Shown here piece by piece: positions 38,884 to 50,284 of a stretch of 64,000 nt of DNA; the stretch's first letter is position 1; each line of letters opens with the position of its first letter. The translations under genes and the position numbers were made by a program. The stretch lies in the NCBI GenBank assembly GCA_013824115.1, contig PNNG01000016.1, positions 7,686 through 71,685 of the forward strand, given 5' to 3'. Under the pieces are notes generated by a model, which had not been told where the DNA came from, made no database searches, and worked only from the letters and a program-made list of their open reading frames with translations. This stretch comes from Sphingobacteriaceae bacterium. Its GTDB lineage: Bacteria > Bacteroidota > Bacteroidia > UBA7662.

Positions 38884-41151
38884 ATGAAACCAACTCCTGT
38901 TAGCAAAACCATCGATTTAGGCGATGGCAGGAACATCACCATCGAAACCGGATTACTGGCCAAGCAGGCCGACGGTGCGGTGGTAGTACGCATGGGCGAC
39001 ACCATGTTGCTCGCCACCGTGGTATCAGCACGCGAAGCCAAAGAAGACGTTGACTTCATGCCGCTGACCGTAGATTACCAAGAAAAATTTGCCTCTACCG
39101 GTAAAATCCCCGGAGGCTTCCTCAAGCGCGAAGGCCGTTTGAGCGATTACGAAATTTTGATCAGCCGCCTCATCGACCGGGCTTTGCGTCCGCTCTTCCC
39201 TGAGGACTACCATGCCGATACCCAGGTGCAGGTGACACTCATCAGCGCCGACAAAGATATTTATCCCGATGCCCTCGCCGGTTTGGCCGCTTCGGCAGCC
39301 CTGGCCGTTTCAGATGTGCCTTTCAACGGTCCCATCTCCGAAGTACGCGTGGCCCGCATCAACGGTGAATTCCGCATCAACCCCACCATCAGCGAAATGG
39401 CTGGTGCCGACATCGACATCATGTTGGCTGCCACCCTCGAGAACGTGATGATGGTAGAAGGCGAAGCGAAAGAATGTTCAGAAGCCGAATTGGCCGAAGC
39501 CATCCGCATTGGCCACGAAGCCATTAAAAAGCAGTGTCAGGCCCAGCTCGATCTCCGTGCTGCCGTTGGCGTAACCCCACGCACCTACAACCACGAGCGT
39601 TCGAAGCCCGAATTGCAGGCGGCGGTAGAAGCCTTCTGCTACGACAAAGTATATGCTGTTGCCAAATCGGGCGCTCCCAAGCACGAGCGTGCCGCTGGCT
39701 TTAAGCAAGTGCTCGACGAGTTTATTGCCAGCCTGGGCGAAGGTGCTGAGCTAGACAAGTTTTTGGTGAAGAAGTATTTCCACGATGTGGAGTACCGCGC
39801 CATGCGCAACATGATCCTCGATGAGGAGCGTCGCCTCGACGGCCGCAAACTCAACGAAATCCGCCCCATTTGGTGCGAAGTAGGCTATTTGCCCAGCACC
39901 CACGGTTCGGCGGTATTCACCCGCGGCGAAACCCAGTCGCTCACTTCGGTGACCCTGGGCTCCAAAGAAGACGAGCAGATGTTGGATGGCGCCATGTTCT
40001 CGGGTTACAACCAGTTCATGTTGCACTACAACTTCCCATCGTTCTCTACGGGCGAAACACGTCCGAACCGCGGTCCCGGCCGTCGTGAAATTGGTCACGG
40101 CAACCTGGCCATGCGTTCACTCAAGCAAGTATTGCCTCCGGCCGAAGAATGTCCCTACACCATCCGCATCGTGAGCGACATCCTCGAGTCGAACGGTTCT
40201 TCATCTATGGCCACCGTTTGTGCCGGTACCCTGGCGCTCATGGATGCCGGTGTGCAAATCAAGGCGCCTGTTTCGGGTATTGCCATGGGTTTGGTAACCG
40301 ACGGCAAGCGCTTCAAGGTATTGAGCGACATCCTCGGCGACGAAGACCACCTCGGTGACATGGACTTCAAACTCACCGGTACTGTAAACGGTATCACCGG
40401 TTGTCAGATGGACATCAAAATCGACGGCCTTCCTTATGAAGTGCTGTTGCAAGCTCTCAAGCAAGCCGGCGAAGGCCGTGCCCACATCTTGGGTGAAATG
40501 AACAAAACCTTGGTTGCGCCACGCGAAGATTACCGCGAGCACGTACCACGGATTACCCAGCTCAAGATCGACCGCGAGTTCATTGGTGCCGTAATCGGAC
40601 CTGGTGGCAAAATCATCCAGGAAATCCAGCGCGAAACCAATTCAACAGTCAGCATCGAAGAAAAGGGCGAATTTGGCTTCGTACAAATTTACACCAACGA
40701 CAAGGCAGGTATGGATGCCGCTGTTAAGCGCATCAAAGGCATTGCCGCCAAGGCCGAAGTAGGCATGGTGTACAAAGGCAAAGTGCGCAGCATCATGCCA
40801 TTTGGCGCTTTCGTAGAGTTCTTGCCCGGCAAAGACGGTTTGCTCCACATCAGCGAAATCAGCTGGGAGCGCCTCGAAACCATGGACGGCATCTACAAAG
40901 AAGGCGACCAGGTAGAGGTGAAGTTGGTAGAGGTTGATCCGAAGACGGGCAAGTTCCGTTTGTCGGCCAAGGCCCTGCTGCCACGTCCCGAAGGCATGCC
41001 TGAGCCGAGCGAGCGTCCACGCCGCGAAGACCGTGGCGACCGTGGTGACCGCCGCGATCGTGGTCCACGCGATGGCGACCGCCGCGACCGTGGTCCGCGC
41101 GAAGACCGTGGTCCCCGTCCTCCCCGTGAGGAAGGCGGCAGCAACGAATAA
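38884..41151 (+). CDS. pnp: polyribonucleotide nucleotidyltransferase (PNPase) with Arg/Asp-rich C-terminal tail
   Basis: 755 aa with two RNase PH domains, KH and S1 ('[29 protein letters not shown]'), plus an extra low-complexity tail of about 55 aa. Confidence 0.95.
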   Translation: MKPTPVSKTIDLGDGRNITIETGLLAKQADGAVVVRMGDTMLLATVVSAREAKEDVDFMPLTVDYQEKFASTGKIPGGFLKREGRLSDYEILISRLIDRALRPLFPEDYHADTQVQVTLISADKDIYPDALAGLAASAALAVSDVPFNGPISEVRVARINGEFRINPTISEMAGADIDIMLAATLENVMMVEGEAKECSEAELAEAIRIGHEAIKKQCQAQLDLRAAVGVTPRTYNHERSKPELQAAVEAFCYDKVYAVAKSGAPKHERAAGFKQVLDEFIASLGEGAELDKFLVKKYFHDVEYRAMRNMILDEERRLDGRKLNEIRPIWCEVGYLPSTHGSAVFTRGETQSLTSVTLGSKEDEQMLDGAMFSGYNQFMLHYNFPSFSTGETRPNRGPGRREIGHGNLAMRSLKQVLPPAEECPYTIRIVSDILESNGSSSMATVCAGTLALMDAGVQIKAPVSGIAMGLVTDGKRFKVLSDILGDEDHLGDMDFKLTGTVNGITGCQMDIKIDGLPYEVLLQALKQAGEGRAHILGEMNKTLVAPREDYREHVPRITQLKIDREFIGAVIGPGGKIIQEIQRETNSTVSIEEKGEFGFVQIYTNDKAGMDAAVKRIKGIAAKAEVGMVYKGKVRSIMPFGAFVEFLPGKDGLLHISEISWERLETMDGIYKEGDQVEVKLVEVDPKTGKFRLSAKALLPRPEGMPEPSERPRREDRGDRGDRRDRGPRDGDRRDRGPREDRGPRPPREEGGSNE

Positions 41152-41180
41152 GTTTATTTATCCTGTTTAATGCGAGAGAG

Positions 41181-41208
41181 GCCACCTTCGGGTGGCTTTT
41201 CTTTTTGG
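41181..41208 (+). terminator. rho-independent terminator after pnp
   Basis: GCCACC-TTCG-GGTGGC (41181-41196) followed by TTTTCTTTTT. Confidence 0.65.
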
Positions 41209-41425
41209 TCATGCATTTGCGAACATATTATAAATGCAGCAATGTTGCATCGAAAATGCAAATGAGCGCCTGATTTTTGAAAGTGTAAAAAAACGTTAAG
41301 TAAAATTTTACTATAAAGCTTGACAAGCTGCTGCTTCTGGCTTTAATTCGTAGTTGGTTCGGGAAAGAGTGGACCAAGGCTTGGTACAAGTCAATCCCTT
41401 CGCTTCCCTAAAGTCAGGAGAAATT

Positions 41426-42292
41426 ATGCGCCAGCTCAAGATCAGCAAACAAATTACCAACCGCGAAAGCCAATCACTCGACAAATACCTACAAGAAATT
41501 GGGAAGGTAGATTTGATTACGGCCGACGAGGAGGTGCAGCTGGCCAAACGGATACAAGCGGGCGACCAACGAGCCCTTGAAAAACTTACCAAAGCTAATT
41601 TGCGCTTTGTGGTGTCGGTGGCCAAGCAATACCAAAACCAAGGATTAACGCTTGGCGACTTGATCAACGAAGGCAATTTAGGCCTTATCAAAGCCGGTCA
41701 GCGTTTCGACGAAACCCGGGGTTTTAAATTCATTTCATACGCCGTTTGGTGGATCCGCCAGTCGATTTTGCAGGCCTTGGCCGAACAGTCGCGCATTGTG
41801 CGTTTGCCCCTCAACCGGGTAGGCTCGCTCAATAAAATCTCCAAGGCATTTTCGCAGCTCGAGCAACAATTTGAGCGTGAACCCACGGCCGAAGAGCTGG
41901 CCGAGGTGCTTGACATGACCATCAACGATGTGGAAGACACCATGAAAGTATCGGGCCGCCACGTATCGATGGATGCGCCTTTTGCCGATGGCGAAGAAAA
42001 CTCGCTGCTGGATGTATTGACCGACGAAGACCAGATCCGTCCCGACAACAGCCTCATGAGCGAATCGCTGCGTCGCGAGGTTGAACGCGCCCTCACCACC
42101 CTCACCAAACGCGAAGCCGATGTGTTGCGTTACTATTTTGGTTTGGGAGGTATTCCGCCGCTCACCCTCGAAGAAATTGGTGATAAGTTCAGCCTTACCC
42201 GCGAAAGGGTGCGCCAAATCAAAGAAAAATCGATTCGCAGGCTGCGGAATACGAGCCGGAGCAAAGCCTTGAAGGTCTATCTCGGCCAGTAA
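41426..42292 (+). CDS. rpoD: primary RNA polymerase sigma factor (Bacteroidota sigma-A, RpoD)
   Basis: 288 codons from ATG 41426 ('[26 protein letters not shown]'). It has region 2.4 ('[13 protein letters not shown]') and region 4.2 ('[29 protein letters not shown]'). Confidence 0.92.
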   Translation: MRQLKISKQITNRESQSLDKYLQEIGKVDLITADEEVQLAKRIQAGDQRALEKLTKANLRFVVSVAKQYQNQGLTLGDLINEGNLGLIKAGQRFDETRGFKFISYAVWWIRQSILQALAEQSRIVRLPLNRVGSLNKISKAFSQLEQQFEREPTAEELAEVLDMTINDVEDTMKVSGRHVSMDAPFADGEENSLLDVLTDEDQIRPDNSLMSESLRREVERALTTLTKREADVLRYYFGLGGIPPLTLEEIGDKFSLTRERVRQIKEKSIRRLRNTSRSKALKVYLGQ

Positions 42293-42308
42293 CAAGCGCT
42301 ACCGCGCC

Positions 42309-42484
42309 GTTCAAAGTTCAAAGTTCAAGGTTGAGCGAAGCGAAATCCCGAGAGTATGTGGCCGATTCGGGATTCAAAGTTCAATAATGGCTTTCAGCTT
42401 TCCTGAAAACTCTTCAACACTTTTGAGTCTATGAAGGCGCAGCCTTCATCCTCTTTTGAACCTCGAACCTTGAACCTTGAACCC
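42309..42484. repeat. MITE-like composite repeat: GTTCAAR heptamer arrays as terminal inverted repeats around a conserved hairpin module
   Basis: The left arm is GTTCAAAGTTCAAAGTTCAAGGTT (from 42309). The right arm, TTTTGAACCTCGAACCTTGAACCTTGAACCC (42454-42484), is its imperfect reverse complement. The internal module GAGCGAAGCGAAATCCCGAGAG..GCCGATTCGGGATTCAAAGTT matches the 49-bp unit at 53602-53846, with hairpin arms at 42344-42351 and 42367-42374. A second perfect hairpin, ATGAAGGC-GCA-GCCTTCAT, is at 42431-42449. Confidence 0.7.
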
Positions 42485-42535
42485 GCTGGAGCGTGGCACT
42501 GCCGCCTCAAGCCTTGAACAAGTGCTTACCCGCCC

Positions 42536-44137
42536 CTAGTCCTGCTCCGTCTCTTCGTGCAGCATGATTTCCGACGAAAACTGAAATCTCAGCTTGGGGT
42601 TTTCGTCGATGGCGCGCTGCAGCATCCAGAGGCTGTCGGCCAGATACACAGGACGGTCGTCTTTGTCGTAGGCCAGGTGGTCTTTGCGGTAACGGAAAAA
42701 CTCTTCCACCGCGGCTTCGTCCTCACTGTCTATCCAACAGGCTTTGAGGTAGGCAAGTGAGCGGAAACTTACTTTGGCGCCGTATTCCTGCATCAGGCGG
42801 AATTGAATAACATCAAACTGCAGTTCACCCACGGTGCCAATGATTTTGCGGTTGCCGGGTTGCTGGGTGAATAGCTGGGCCACCCCTTCGTCGGTGAGCT
42901 GCTTGAGGCCTTTTTCGAACTGTTTGGCACGGAAAGGATCGTTGTTCTCTACCATGCGGAACAATTCGGGCGAAAAGGCCGGAATGCCCTTGAAGAACAT
43001 ATTGCTGCCTTCGGTGAGCGAATCGCCGATTTTGAAGTTGCCTGTATCGTATAAACCCACCACATCGCCCGGATAAGCCGTTTCCACATTGTTGCGCTCG
43101 TTGGCTTGGAACATGATGGGCGTGCTGAAGCGGTACTTCTTGCCCAAACGAGGGTGGTGGTAAAAGGTGTTCTTTTCGAAAACCCCCGAACACACGCGCA
43201 TGAAGGCAATGCGGTCGCGGTGGTTGGGGTCGAGGTTGGCGTGGATCTTAAACACAAATCCCGACAGCTTGGCATCTTCGGGCTTCACCTCGCCGGTGCT
43301 GCTGAGGCGCGGACGGGGTGCCGGGGCAATTTCGATGAAGGTGTTGAGCAATTCTTTCACCCCAAAATTGTTGAGGGCCGAACCGAAGAATACGGGGGCA
43401 ATTTCGCCGGCGAGGTATTCTTCGCGTTTGTAAGTTGGGAAGGCGCTTGCCAGTTCCACTTCTTCACGCAATTGGTCGGCATAACGGTCGATGATTTGGT
43501 CGAGCGCGGGGTCTGCCAAATCGGCAAACGCCTTCACATCGTCGCTGATGCCGGTTTTATTGGGCGAAAAGAGGTTGAGCTCGCCGCGGTACATATTGTA
43601 AACGCCTTTAAAAGTGGCGCCTTTGCTGATGGGCCAGGTGAGGGGCGTTACGCGGATGTTGAGCTTCTTTTCGAGTTCGTCGAGCAAATCGAAGGGATCT
43701 TGTCCTTCGCGGTCCATTTTATTGATGAAAATAATCACCGGTGTATTGCGCATGCGGCACACGCCCATGAGCTTTTCGGTTTGCTCTTCCACGCCCTTGG
43801 CCGCATCTACCACCAGAATTACGGAGTCAACGGCTGTCAAGGTGCGGTAGGTGTCTTCAGCGAAGTCTTTGTGACCGGGCGTATCGAGGATGTTCACCCG
43901 GCAGCCGCCGTATTCGAAGCCCATCACCGAGGTGCTCACCGAAATGCCCCGTTGCTTTTCAATTTCCATGAAGTCGGACGTTGCCGACTTCTTTATTTTA
44001 TTGCTTTTTACCGCACCGGCGGTTTGAATGGCGCCACCAAAAAGCAAGAACTTTTCGGTGAGGGTGGTTTTACCGGCGTCGGGGTGCGAAATGATGGCAA
44101 AAGTGCGCCTGCGGGCAATTTCTTCGGTTCGGGTCAT
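42536..44137 (-). CDS. prfC: peptide chain release factor 3
   Basis: 533-aa translational GTPase ('[32 protein letters not shown]', 'DTPGHKDF', 'NKMDR'). Confidence 0.95.
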   Translation of the reverse strand: MTRTEEIARRRTFAIISHPDAGKTTLTEKFLLFGGAIQTAGAVKSNKIKKSATSDFMEIEKQRGISVSTSVMGFEYGGCRVNILDTPGHKDFAEDTYRTLTAVDSVILVVDAAKGVEEQTEKLMGVCRMRNTPVIIFINKMDREGQDPFDLLDELEKKLNIRVTPLTWPISKGATFKGVYNMYRGELNLFSPNKTGISDDVKAFADLADPALDQIIDRYADQLREEVELASAFPTYKREEYLAGEIAPVFFGSALNNFGVKELLNTFIEIAPAPRPRLSSTGEVKPEDAKLSGFVFKIHANLDPNHRDRIAFMRVCSGVFEKNTFYHHPRLGKKYRFSTPIMFQANERNNVETAYPGDVVGLYDTGNFKIGDSLTEGSNMFFKGIPAFSPELFRMVENNDPFRAKQFEKGLKQLTDEGVAQLFTQQPGNRKIIGTVGELQFDVIQFRLMQEYGAKVSFRSLAYLKACWIDSEDEAAVEEFFRYRKDHLAYDKDDRPVYLADSLWMLQRAIDENPKLRFQFSSEIMLHEETEQD

Positions 44138-44260
44138 GCGGCTGCTGCGTAAGAAAGCGCAAAAATAGGCTTTTTGGGGCAGACTACCGCAGGTGGTGGC
44201 GAAGCGACAATCTTTCTGTACGCATTTGACCTTGCCGTAAATGCCCTTAGTTTTGCGCCC

Positions 44261-46117
44261 ATGATGAAGTGGATGATGTTTGTGGCAGCTTTACTAGCTT
44301 GCCAAATGACAGTAGCACAATCGCAACCCGACAGCTCGCGTTGGTTGCAAGATGTAGAAATTAGTGGGGAACGCATTCAAACACCTTTTTCTCAAGCCAG
44401 TCGCAGCATGAGTGTATTGTCGAAACGCGAAATAGAACAATTGCCTGCCCAGCAATTGGCGGAGATACTGTCTTATATTCCGGGAATCGACATCCGACAG
44501 CGGGGGCCCCAAGGCGTGCAAGCCGATGTAGGCATCCGGGGCGGTTCTTTCGACCAAACTTTGGTGCTAATCAACGGCATACGCCTGAGCGATCCGCAAA
44601 CAGGTCACCATTTACTGAACCTGGTGGTGCAGCCCGATCAAATTGAACGCATAGAAGTACTCAAAGGTCCGGGTACACGCATCTACGGCCCCAATGCCTT
44701 CGCCGGTGCTATCAATATCATCACCCGCCCCGGCAAGGAACGTGCAGTAACAGCCGCATTGAGTGGTGGAGAATTTGGCTTATACCACACCAACTTGTCG
44801 GTTCAGTTGCCTGTAAAAGGCTGGCATCAAACGTTGTCGGCCGGATTGCAAGGCAGCAACGGCTATCGCTACAATACGGATTTTCGTTTAGGGAATGTGT
44901 TTTACGATGGGGGTACTGTTCGTGGCAAACACCAATTTCGCGCCATGGCCGGTTACAACCAACGCGCTTTTGGCGCCAATGGCTTTTATGCCAACGAAAA
45001 TTTCAAGGATCAGTACGAAGAAACCTCCGCCATATTTGGAGCATTTACGCATCAATTTCAGGCGAAAAATGGGAAGAGCGAAGTGCGGGCCTATTATCGC
45101 CAGCATACCGATGACTATTTTTTCATTCGCAGCAATCCCGGCTTTTTTCACAACCATCATGTAAGCAGGGTGGGTGGACTTGAATGGAACGGCAGCCGCA
45201 AACATGCCTATCTGCAGCAAAGAGGATGGGAAGCCGCTACCGGTTGGGGGGCTGAACTGCGCAGCGAAAATCTCGTAAGTAGCAATTTGGGGGAGCGGCA
45301 GCGACAATGGGCCGGACTATACACAGAGCACCGATTGCAACACAAACGCTGGATGTTGAACCCAGGCTTGTATCTCAACGGCATCAGCGGATATGGCTGG
45401 CGGATTTATCCCGGATTGGAAGCAGCTTGGTTTCCGGCAAAAGGCCTGAATATATATGGCAATGTGGCGCAAAGTTTCAGGGTGCCCACTTATACTGATT
45501 TGTACTACAGGAGCCCGTCGAATATTGGAAATCCGAATCTCGCGCCCGAACAAGCATGGACCTACGAATTGGGCAGCCGATTTATTCACCGCCAATGGTT
45601 GATTCAAGGCGCATTGTTTGTACGCGATGCCAACAGACTCATTGAGTGGGTACGTCCCGATGCTTTTAGTCCCTGGCAGGCCAACAATTTCATAGAAGTA
45701 GTGAGTCGGGGTGCCGAGATAGAGGGCCAATGGCGGCCACAGCTCAGCTGGCTACGACAATTGCGCCTGGGGTATACCTACATTGATGCTGGCTTTGCTG
45801 TGATGCCTGGTTTTCAATCGCGATATGTGCTCGAAAACTTGCGTCACCAACTCGTATTACAAGGCGTTTTTTCGCTTCCTTGGGGCATAGAGGCCAGTTT
45901 GGGCGTGCGCATGATGCAACGCATCAATCAACTGCAGTCCGATTGGGTAAGCGATTTACAGTTGCAGCGTCGCTGGGGCAAGGGTTTCGAAACCTTTGTG
46001 CAGGCCACCAACCTCACCAATAATAGCTACCGCGAAATAGGTACAGTACCTATGCCGGGTAGGTGGGTGCGGGGCGGACTGCGCTTGCGCTTGGATGTGT
46101 TAAAAGCCGATGCTTAA
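44261..46117 (+). CDS. TonB-dependent outer-membrane receptor
   Basis: The signal peptide begins at ATG 44261 ('[20 protein letters not shown]'). It has a plug domain ('[25 protein letters not shown]'), a beta-barrel and a C-terminal aromatic-rich strand region. Confidence 0.85.
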   Translation: MMKWMMFVAALLACQMTVAQSQPDSSRWLQDVEISGERIQTPFSQASRSMSVLSKREIEQLPAQQLAEILSYIPGIDIRQRGPQGVQADVGIRGGSFDQTLVLINGIRLSDPQTGHHLLNLVVQPDQIERIEVLKGPGTRIYGPNAFAGAINIITRPGKERAVTAALSGGEFGLYHTNLSVQLPVKGWHQTLSAGLQGSNGYRYNTDFRLGNVFYDGGTVRGKHQFRAMAGYNQRAFGANGFYANENFKDQYEETSAIFGAFTHQFQAKNGKSEVRAYYRQHTDDYFFIRSNPGFFHNHHVSRVGGLEWNGSRKHAYLQQRGWEAATGWGAELRSENLVSSNLGERQRQWAGLYTEHRLQHKRWMLNPGLYLNGISGYGWRIYPGLEAAWFPAKGLNIYGNVAQSFRVPTYTDLYYRSPSNIGNPNLAPEQAWTYELGSRFIHRQWLIQGALFVRDANRLIEWVRPDAFSPWQANNFIEVVSRGAEIEGQWRPQLSWLRQLRLGYTYIDAGFAVMPGFQSRYVLENLRHQLVLQGVFSLPWGIEASLGVRMMQRINQLQSDWVSDLQLQRRWGKGFETFVQATNLTNNSYREIGTVPMPGRWVRGGLRLRLDVLKADA

Positions 46118-46129
46118 CCAGAAATAGGC

Positions 46130-46942
46130 TTAACCTTTGGCGAGCGTCTCGCTGTAAAGCCACAAAGTATCAGCCAATCCAGCATCTCGGCCGGCAGGGG
46201 CGGCTTTGTTGAGCTTGCGGTTTTTGTAGTAGCCTCCCGAAACGTGTCCATGGGTGGTGGCCAGGTGCAAAGTGGTGGCAGCACCTTTGGCTGGGGTGAT
46301 GAGGAAAGGCCGCATCAAAGCCCACATCCATTTCATGCCACCCAAACCATTGCCAAAGCCGGTATTCACTACGCCCGGATGGAGCGCAAAGGCCTGTAAA
46401 CCCTGTGCATGGTAGCGTTTGTGCAGCTCAGCTGTGAATAGCACATTGCACAATTTGGCGTTGGCATAAGCGCCAAAAGCCGACCAACCTTTTTCAAGTT
46501 GGAAATCGTTCGGGTTCAATCGTCCGGCCCGGTGCGCCTCTGAACTTACGTTGATGACTTTTCCCTTGGCAGCAAGCAATTGGGGTAGCAAGCTGTTGGT
46601 GAGTAAAAAGTGACCCAAATGGTTCATCTGAAACTGCATTTCGTGCCCGTCTACGGTTACTTCGCGCTGCGAAGTGAGTCCACCTGCATTGTTGATGAGT
46701 ACATCAATGGAGCCGATGTTTTTGATTGCCGACGCTGCCGCACGTACGCTGTTCAAATGGGCCAGGTCGCAAGTAACGGTTTCAATTTTGGCTTGGGGAT
46801 ATTTTTGAAGCAACTCGTTTTTTTGGGCTGCACTTTTTTGTGGATTGCGGTTGAGCAACCAAAGCTGATGGCCTGCTGCTGCTAAATGCTCGGCAGTGGC
46901 GGCACCAATGCCCGAGGTGGTTCCGGTAATGACAATGTTCAT
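46130..46942 (-). CDS. SDR family oxidoreductase
   Basis: 270 aa with 'ITGTTSGIGAATA', 'NNAG' and 'YANAKLCNVLF'. Confidence 0.85.
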   Translation of the reverse strand: MNIVITGTTSGIGAATAEHLAAAGHQLWLLNRNPQKSAAQKNELLQKYPQAKIETVTCDLAHLNSVRAAASAIKNIGSIDVLINNAGGLTSQREVTVDGHEMQFQMNHLGHFLLTNSLLPQLLAAKGKVINVSSEAHRAGRLNPNDFQLEKGWSAFGAYANAKLCNVLFTAELHKRYHAQGLQAFALHPGVVNTGFGNGLGGMKWMWALMRPFLITPAKGAATTLHLATTHGHVSGGYYKNRKLNKAAPAGRDAGLADTLWLYSETLAKG

Positions 46943-47033
46943 AGCGGTAAAACACCCTCTGGCTTTGAAAGTTCAATGACAAAGCAAAGGTGCTAAATAG
47001 GGTTCATTGACGTATTTTTGAAAGATCAAAGGC

Positions 47034-47585
47034 ATGCAAATGAACCTCGAAAAAATACTTAAGTACAGCATTGTGGCAGTTGCCCTGTTTATTGTGGGAT
47101 ACCTGGCCTATGAGCAACTAAAACCCGCTGCGAGCACACCCGGGCGATTGACCGAATTGCCCAAATTCAGCTTCCCCCAAATGGGCAGCAAAGGCGATGT
47201 GGAACGTTCGGATTTAAGGGGTGGTAAAACCGTGGTGCTGTATTTTAGTCCCGATTGCGAACATTGCCGTGCCTTGGGCAAAGACATCGGCATGCAGTTA
47301 GGCCGCCTGCGCGACATTGACTTTGTGTTCATCACCCGTTTCGATGAAGCCGATGCGGTTACTTACGCTCGCGAGTTCAAATTGTGGGAACAGCCCAATG
47401 TCTATTTTGGTCTCGATATGAACGCAGCATTTTACAGCTATTTCGGCGAAATGTTCATTCCTTCGGCCTACGTATTTGATGCCGAGGGCCAGTTGCTGCA
47501 AACCTTGCATCAAAATGCGGAGGTGCAAGACATACTTGATGTGTACGCTGGCAAGCGCAGCGACAAGAACAAGGGCACACGTTAA
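47034..47585 (+). CDS. TlpA/thioredoxin-like thiol-disulfide oxidoreductase
   Basis: 183 aa with an N-terminal anchor and a redoxin CxxC ('VVLYFSPDCEHCR'). Confidence 0.7.
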   Translation: MQMNLEKILKYSIVAVALFIVGYLAYEQLKPAASTPGRLTELPKFSFPQMGSKGDVERSDLRGGKTVVLYFSPDCEHCRALGKDIGMQLGRLRDIDFVFITRFDEADAVTYAREFKLWEQPNVYFGLDMNAAFYSYFGEMFIPSAYVFDAEGQLLQTLHQNAEVQDILDVYAGKRSDKNKGTR

Positions 47586-47765
47586 CCAGCTGAACCCTAA
47601 ACCGCGGAGACTGGTAAGAGCCTTGTATTGGTAGGCAGTGATGCTGAAGCACAAAGGGGTGTCTTGTTGCAATACGTAATCCATCCAACAATGTATCGAC
47701 CCTCCAACCAACTGGCATAGGTGTAGCGGTGCCTGATGCTCTCGAAGGCACCGTGGTCCACCCGC

Positions 47766-50267
47766 CTAGAAATCCATCTCCATCCCGCCGCCACCGCCTC
47801 CAGGCCGGCGCATGCGCTTGAGCAACGATACATCAAACTCGCCAAAGCGGTAGCTTACCGTTAAGCGCACAAAACGCGTATCGCGGCGGCGCATCACTTC
47901 TTGGTAAAAGAAAGGCGTGGAGAATACGTTGCCGAACCTGCGGGTATTGAATACATCACTAACCGTGAGGTTAAAATTCCATACTTGCTTGTGGCTTTTG
48001 GCCACCGAAAAATCGGAACCAAAAACAGGAATGGTGCGACCCTGTGGAATGATGCGCGGTGCTTCGTAATCGCCATTCAATTGAACATTCCAATTCTTAG
48101 GCAAACGGTATTGGGCAATGAGCTTGGCGTTCCAGCTGAATCCTTGGTTGCTGAGGTTGCCCAAAGCATTGCCTCCCTGGATATCGGTATAAAAGACGTT
48201 GGCGTTCAAGGTGAGGTCGAGGGCCTTCACCGGACTGTATTTCACCGAATGCTCGGTGCCATAGCTCCATTGGTTGTTGCCGTTGATAAAGCTGTTCACC
48301 AAAATGCTCGAATCGGTAGGCAGCACATAAACAAAGCTGGTAATCACATCCTGCGTTTGGCGCACATATACCGAGCCCAGGTAATTGCCCTTGTCGTATT
48401 GCTTGCTGTAATTGATTTCTGCCAAATTGAAGAATTCGGGGGCGAGCGCCGGATTGCCTATGCGAAAGCTCTGTGCATCGGCAAACATGATGAAGGGCAT
48501 GAGCTGCATCCAACCCGGACGGTTGATTTTGCGGCTGAAATTGAGTTGAAGCTCGTTTTTGGCATCGAACTTACGCGAAAAGAAAAGGCTGGGGAAAAGT
48601 GCCTTGCCTAAGTTGTCGAAACCACGGGGATAGAGGTATTCGAAACTTTGGTTTTTATTGGTGATGTTGGCAATGAAATAGGTTTGCTCAAAACGCATCC
48701 CGGCCGAATAGGTCCATTTGCCCAAAGGCGCGCTGTAGTTTACGTAAGCCGCGTTGATGATGTCGTCAACATCGAAATAGTTGGTGAGGCTGGTATCGGC
48801 TACAAAACCTGCATTGGCCTGGTTGATTTGTACATCGAGTTTTGAAGCATTGATCTTATAGTTGCTGCGCAGGCCCCATTCGAGTTTGCTTTTTTCGGTG
48901 AGTGGATCTACATAATCGAACTGGAAGGTAAGCACCTCACTGCGGCCCGAACCATCGTTCTTTTGCAAGCGGGGCATGCCAGGAAGCGCAGCACCCCCTA
49001 TGTCGAAGGTGCGCAGGTCGTAAAGCGCATCGGTGCCGTTGCGCGAGCGGTTGTAGGTAAGGTCGGCCGTCCACTCTTTGCCTTCTTTGGGCGCATTATG
49101 CTTAAATAGCAGTTGAGTGGTGCCGTTACGCCAAAAGTTTTCCTGCTGGTTGAATTGTTGCCCAGTGCTTATGATATCGCGACTTCCATTCACATTGCTG
49201 AATTGCTGTTCGTCGTTCATGGTAAATCCACCGCCGCCAAAACTTTGTGATACGGTAAGTAGGTTGCGGTTGCTGAGTTGGTAATCGAAGCCAAAACGTC
49301 CGAATTGAAACAAACGGCTTTGGTAGTTGAGGTTGTCTTGACGGAATCCGCCGATAAAATCGTCGTTTCTGAAGTTCTCTCTGATGGTATAGCCCTCTAC
49401 ATTGTAGTTGGCTTGGTTGGCATTGTATGCACCAAAGAAATTCAGTTTTCCCTCTTTGATGTTGAGGTTGAATCCGCCGTTGTAACGCCCTACAATACCT
49501 ACACCCGCATTCACCGAGCCATTATAACCCGGCTTGGTGTTCTTTTTAAGCACTACGTTGAGGATGCCCCCTGTGGTGCTGGCATCGAACTTGGCCGAGG
49601 GATTGGTGATTACCTCTACCCGCTCAATTTGTTCGGCGGGAATTTGATCGAGACTCAAAGTGGTAGGCCTGCCATCAACAAAAATGGTAGGGGAGGCATT
49701 GCGCATTTTTACCCCGCCATCAGCATCAACCGTCAGCCCCGGAATGTTGCGCATCACTTCCAAGGCAGTACCACCCTGACTGGTAAGGTCTTTATCGACC
49801 GTATAATTGCGGCGATCGATACTCATCACTACATTGCTGCGCTCTTCCGAAATTTCTACAGTGGCCAACTGAGCGGCATCAATTTCGAGCCGCAAATTGC
49901 CCAAATCGAGCTCAAATTTTTGCGGGGTGATGGTGACTTGCTTTTCTATAGGCTTGTAGCCAATAAAGCTAAAGCGCACCCGGTGCTGGCCAAAAGGCAG
50001 TTTGTCGACCGAAAAATCGCCATTGCTTTGCACCAGGCTGCCTCCTAAAATACTGTCTTTGCGGGCTGCCAAAACGGTAACGGTGGCATATTCTACCGGT
50101 TTGCGACTTTGTGCATCGAGTAACTTCCCGTATATGCGGCCAATTTTGGGCATGTTGGGGCGCGCTGCACCAGCAGGCATACCGGCGGGCATTTGGGCTT
50201 GAACGTCGATGCTTAAAAAACAGAGGCCCAGTCCGAAAAGGACCAGGCTAAACTTCAAAAACTTCAT
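47766..50267 (-). CDS. outer-membrane beta-barrel / TonB-dependent-receptor-like protein with carboxypeptidase-regulatory-like N-domain
   Basis: About 833 aa with a signal peptide, 'GKLLDAQSRKPVEYATVTV' (CarboxypepD_reg-like), a plug ('IERVEVITNPSAKFDASTTGGILNVVLK') and a barrel ending '...RLTVSYRF'. I prefer the ATG at 50267. Confidence 0.8.
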   Translation of the reverse strand: MKFLKFSLVLFGLGLCFLSIDVQAQMPAGMPAGAARPNMPKIGRIYGKLLDAQSRKPVEYATVTVLAARKDSILGGSLVQSNGDFSVDKLPFGQHRVRFSFIGYKPIEKQVTITPQKFELDLGNLRLEIDAAQLATVEISEERSNVVMSIDRRNYTVDKDLTSQGGTALEVMRNIPGLTVDADGGVKMRNASPTIFVDGRPTTLSLDQIPAEQIERVEVITNPSAKFDASTTGGILNVVLKKNTKPGYNGSVNAGVGIVGRYNGGFNLNIKEGKLNFFGAYNANQANYNVEGYTIRENFRNDDFIGGFRQDNLNYQSRLFQFGRFGFDYQLSNRNLLTVSQSFGGGGFTMNDEQQFSNVNGSRDIISTGQQFNQQENFWRNGTTQLLFKHNAPKEGKEWTADLTYNRSRNGTDALYDLRTFDIGGAALPGMPRLQKNDGSGRSEVLTFQFDYVDPLTEKSKLEWGLRSNYKINASKLDVQINQANAGFVADTSLTNYFDVDDIINAAYVNYSAPLGKWTYSAGMRFEQTYFIANITNKNQSFEYLYPRGFDNLGKALFPSLFFSRKFDAKNELQLNFSRKINRPGWMQLMPFIMFADAQSFRIGNPALAPEFFNLAEINYSKQYDKGNYLGSVYVRQTQDVITSFVYVLPTDSSILVNSFINGNNQWSYGTEHSVKYSPVKALDLTLNANVFYTDIQGGNALGNLSNQGFSWNAKLIAQYRLPKNWNVQLNGDYEAPRIIPQGRTIPVFGSDFSVAKSHKQVWNFNLTVSDVFNTRRFGNVFSTPFFYQEVMRRRDTRFVRLTVSYRFGEFDVSLLKRMRRPGGGGGGMEMDF

Positions 50268-50270
50268 CAA

Positions 50271-50284
50271 GTGTGTGTGTGTGT
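50271..50284. repeat. (GT)7 dinucleotide microsatellite
   Basis: GTGTGTGTGTGTGT is followed by C, T and A7. It sits in the 26-nt spacer between the DUF2911 stop (50294) and the receptor start (50267). Confidence 0.9.

Noticed and set aside
44138-44260. A cobalamin or other riboswitch upstream of the TonB-dependent receptor.
   Set aside because: Only about 120 nt are available. I could find no B12-box-like GCCACTG core or extended conserved helices. That is too short and featureless for the known receptor-associated riboswitches.
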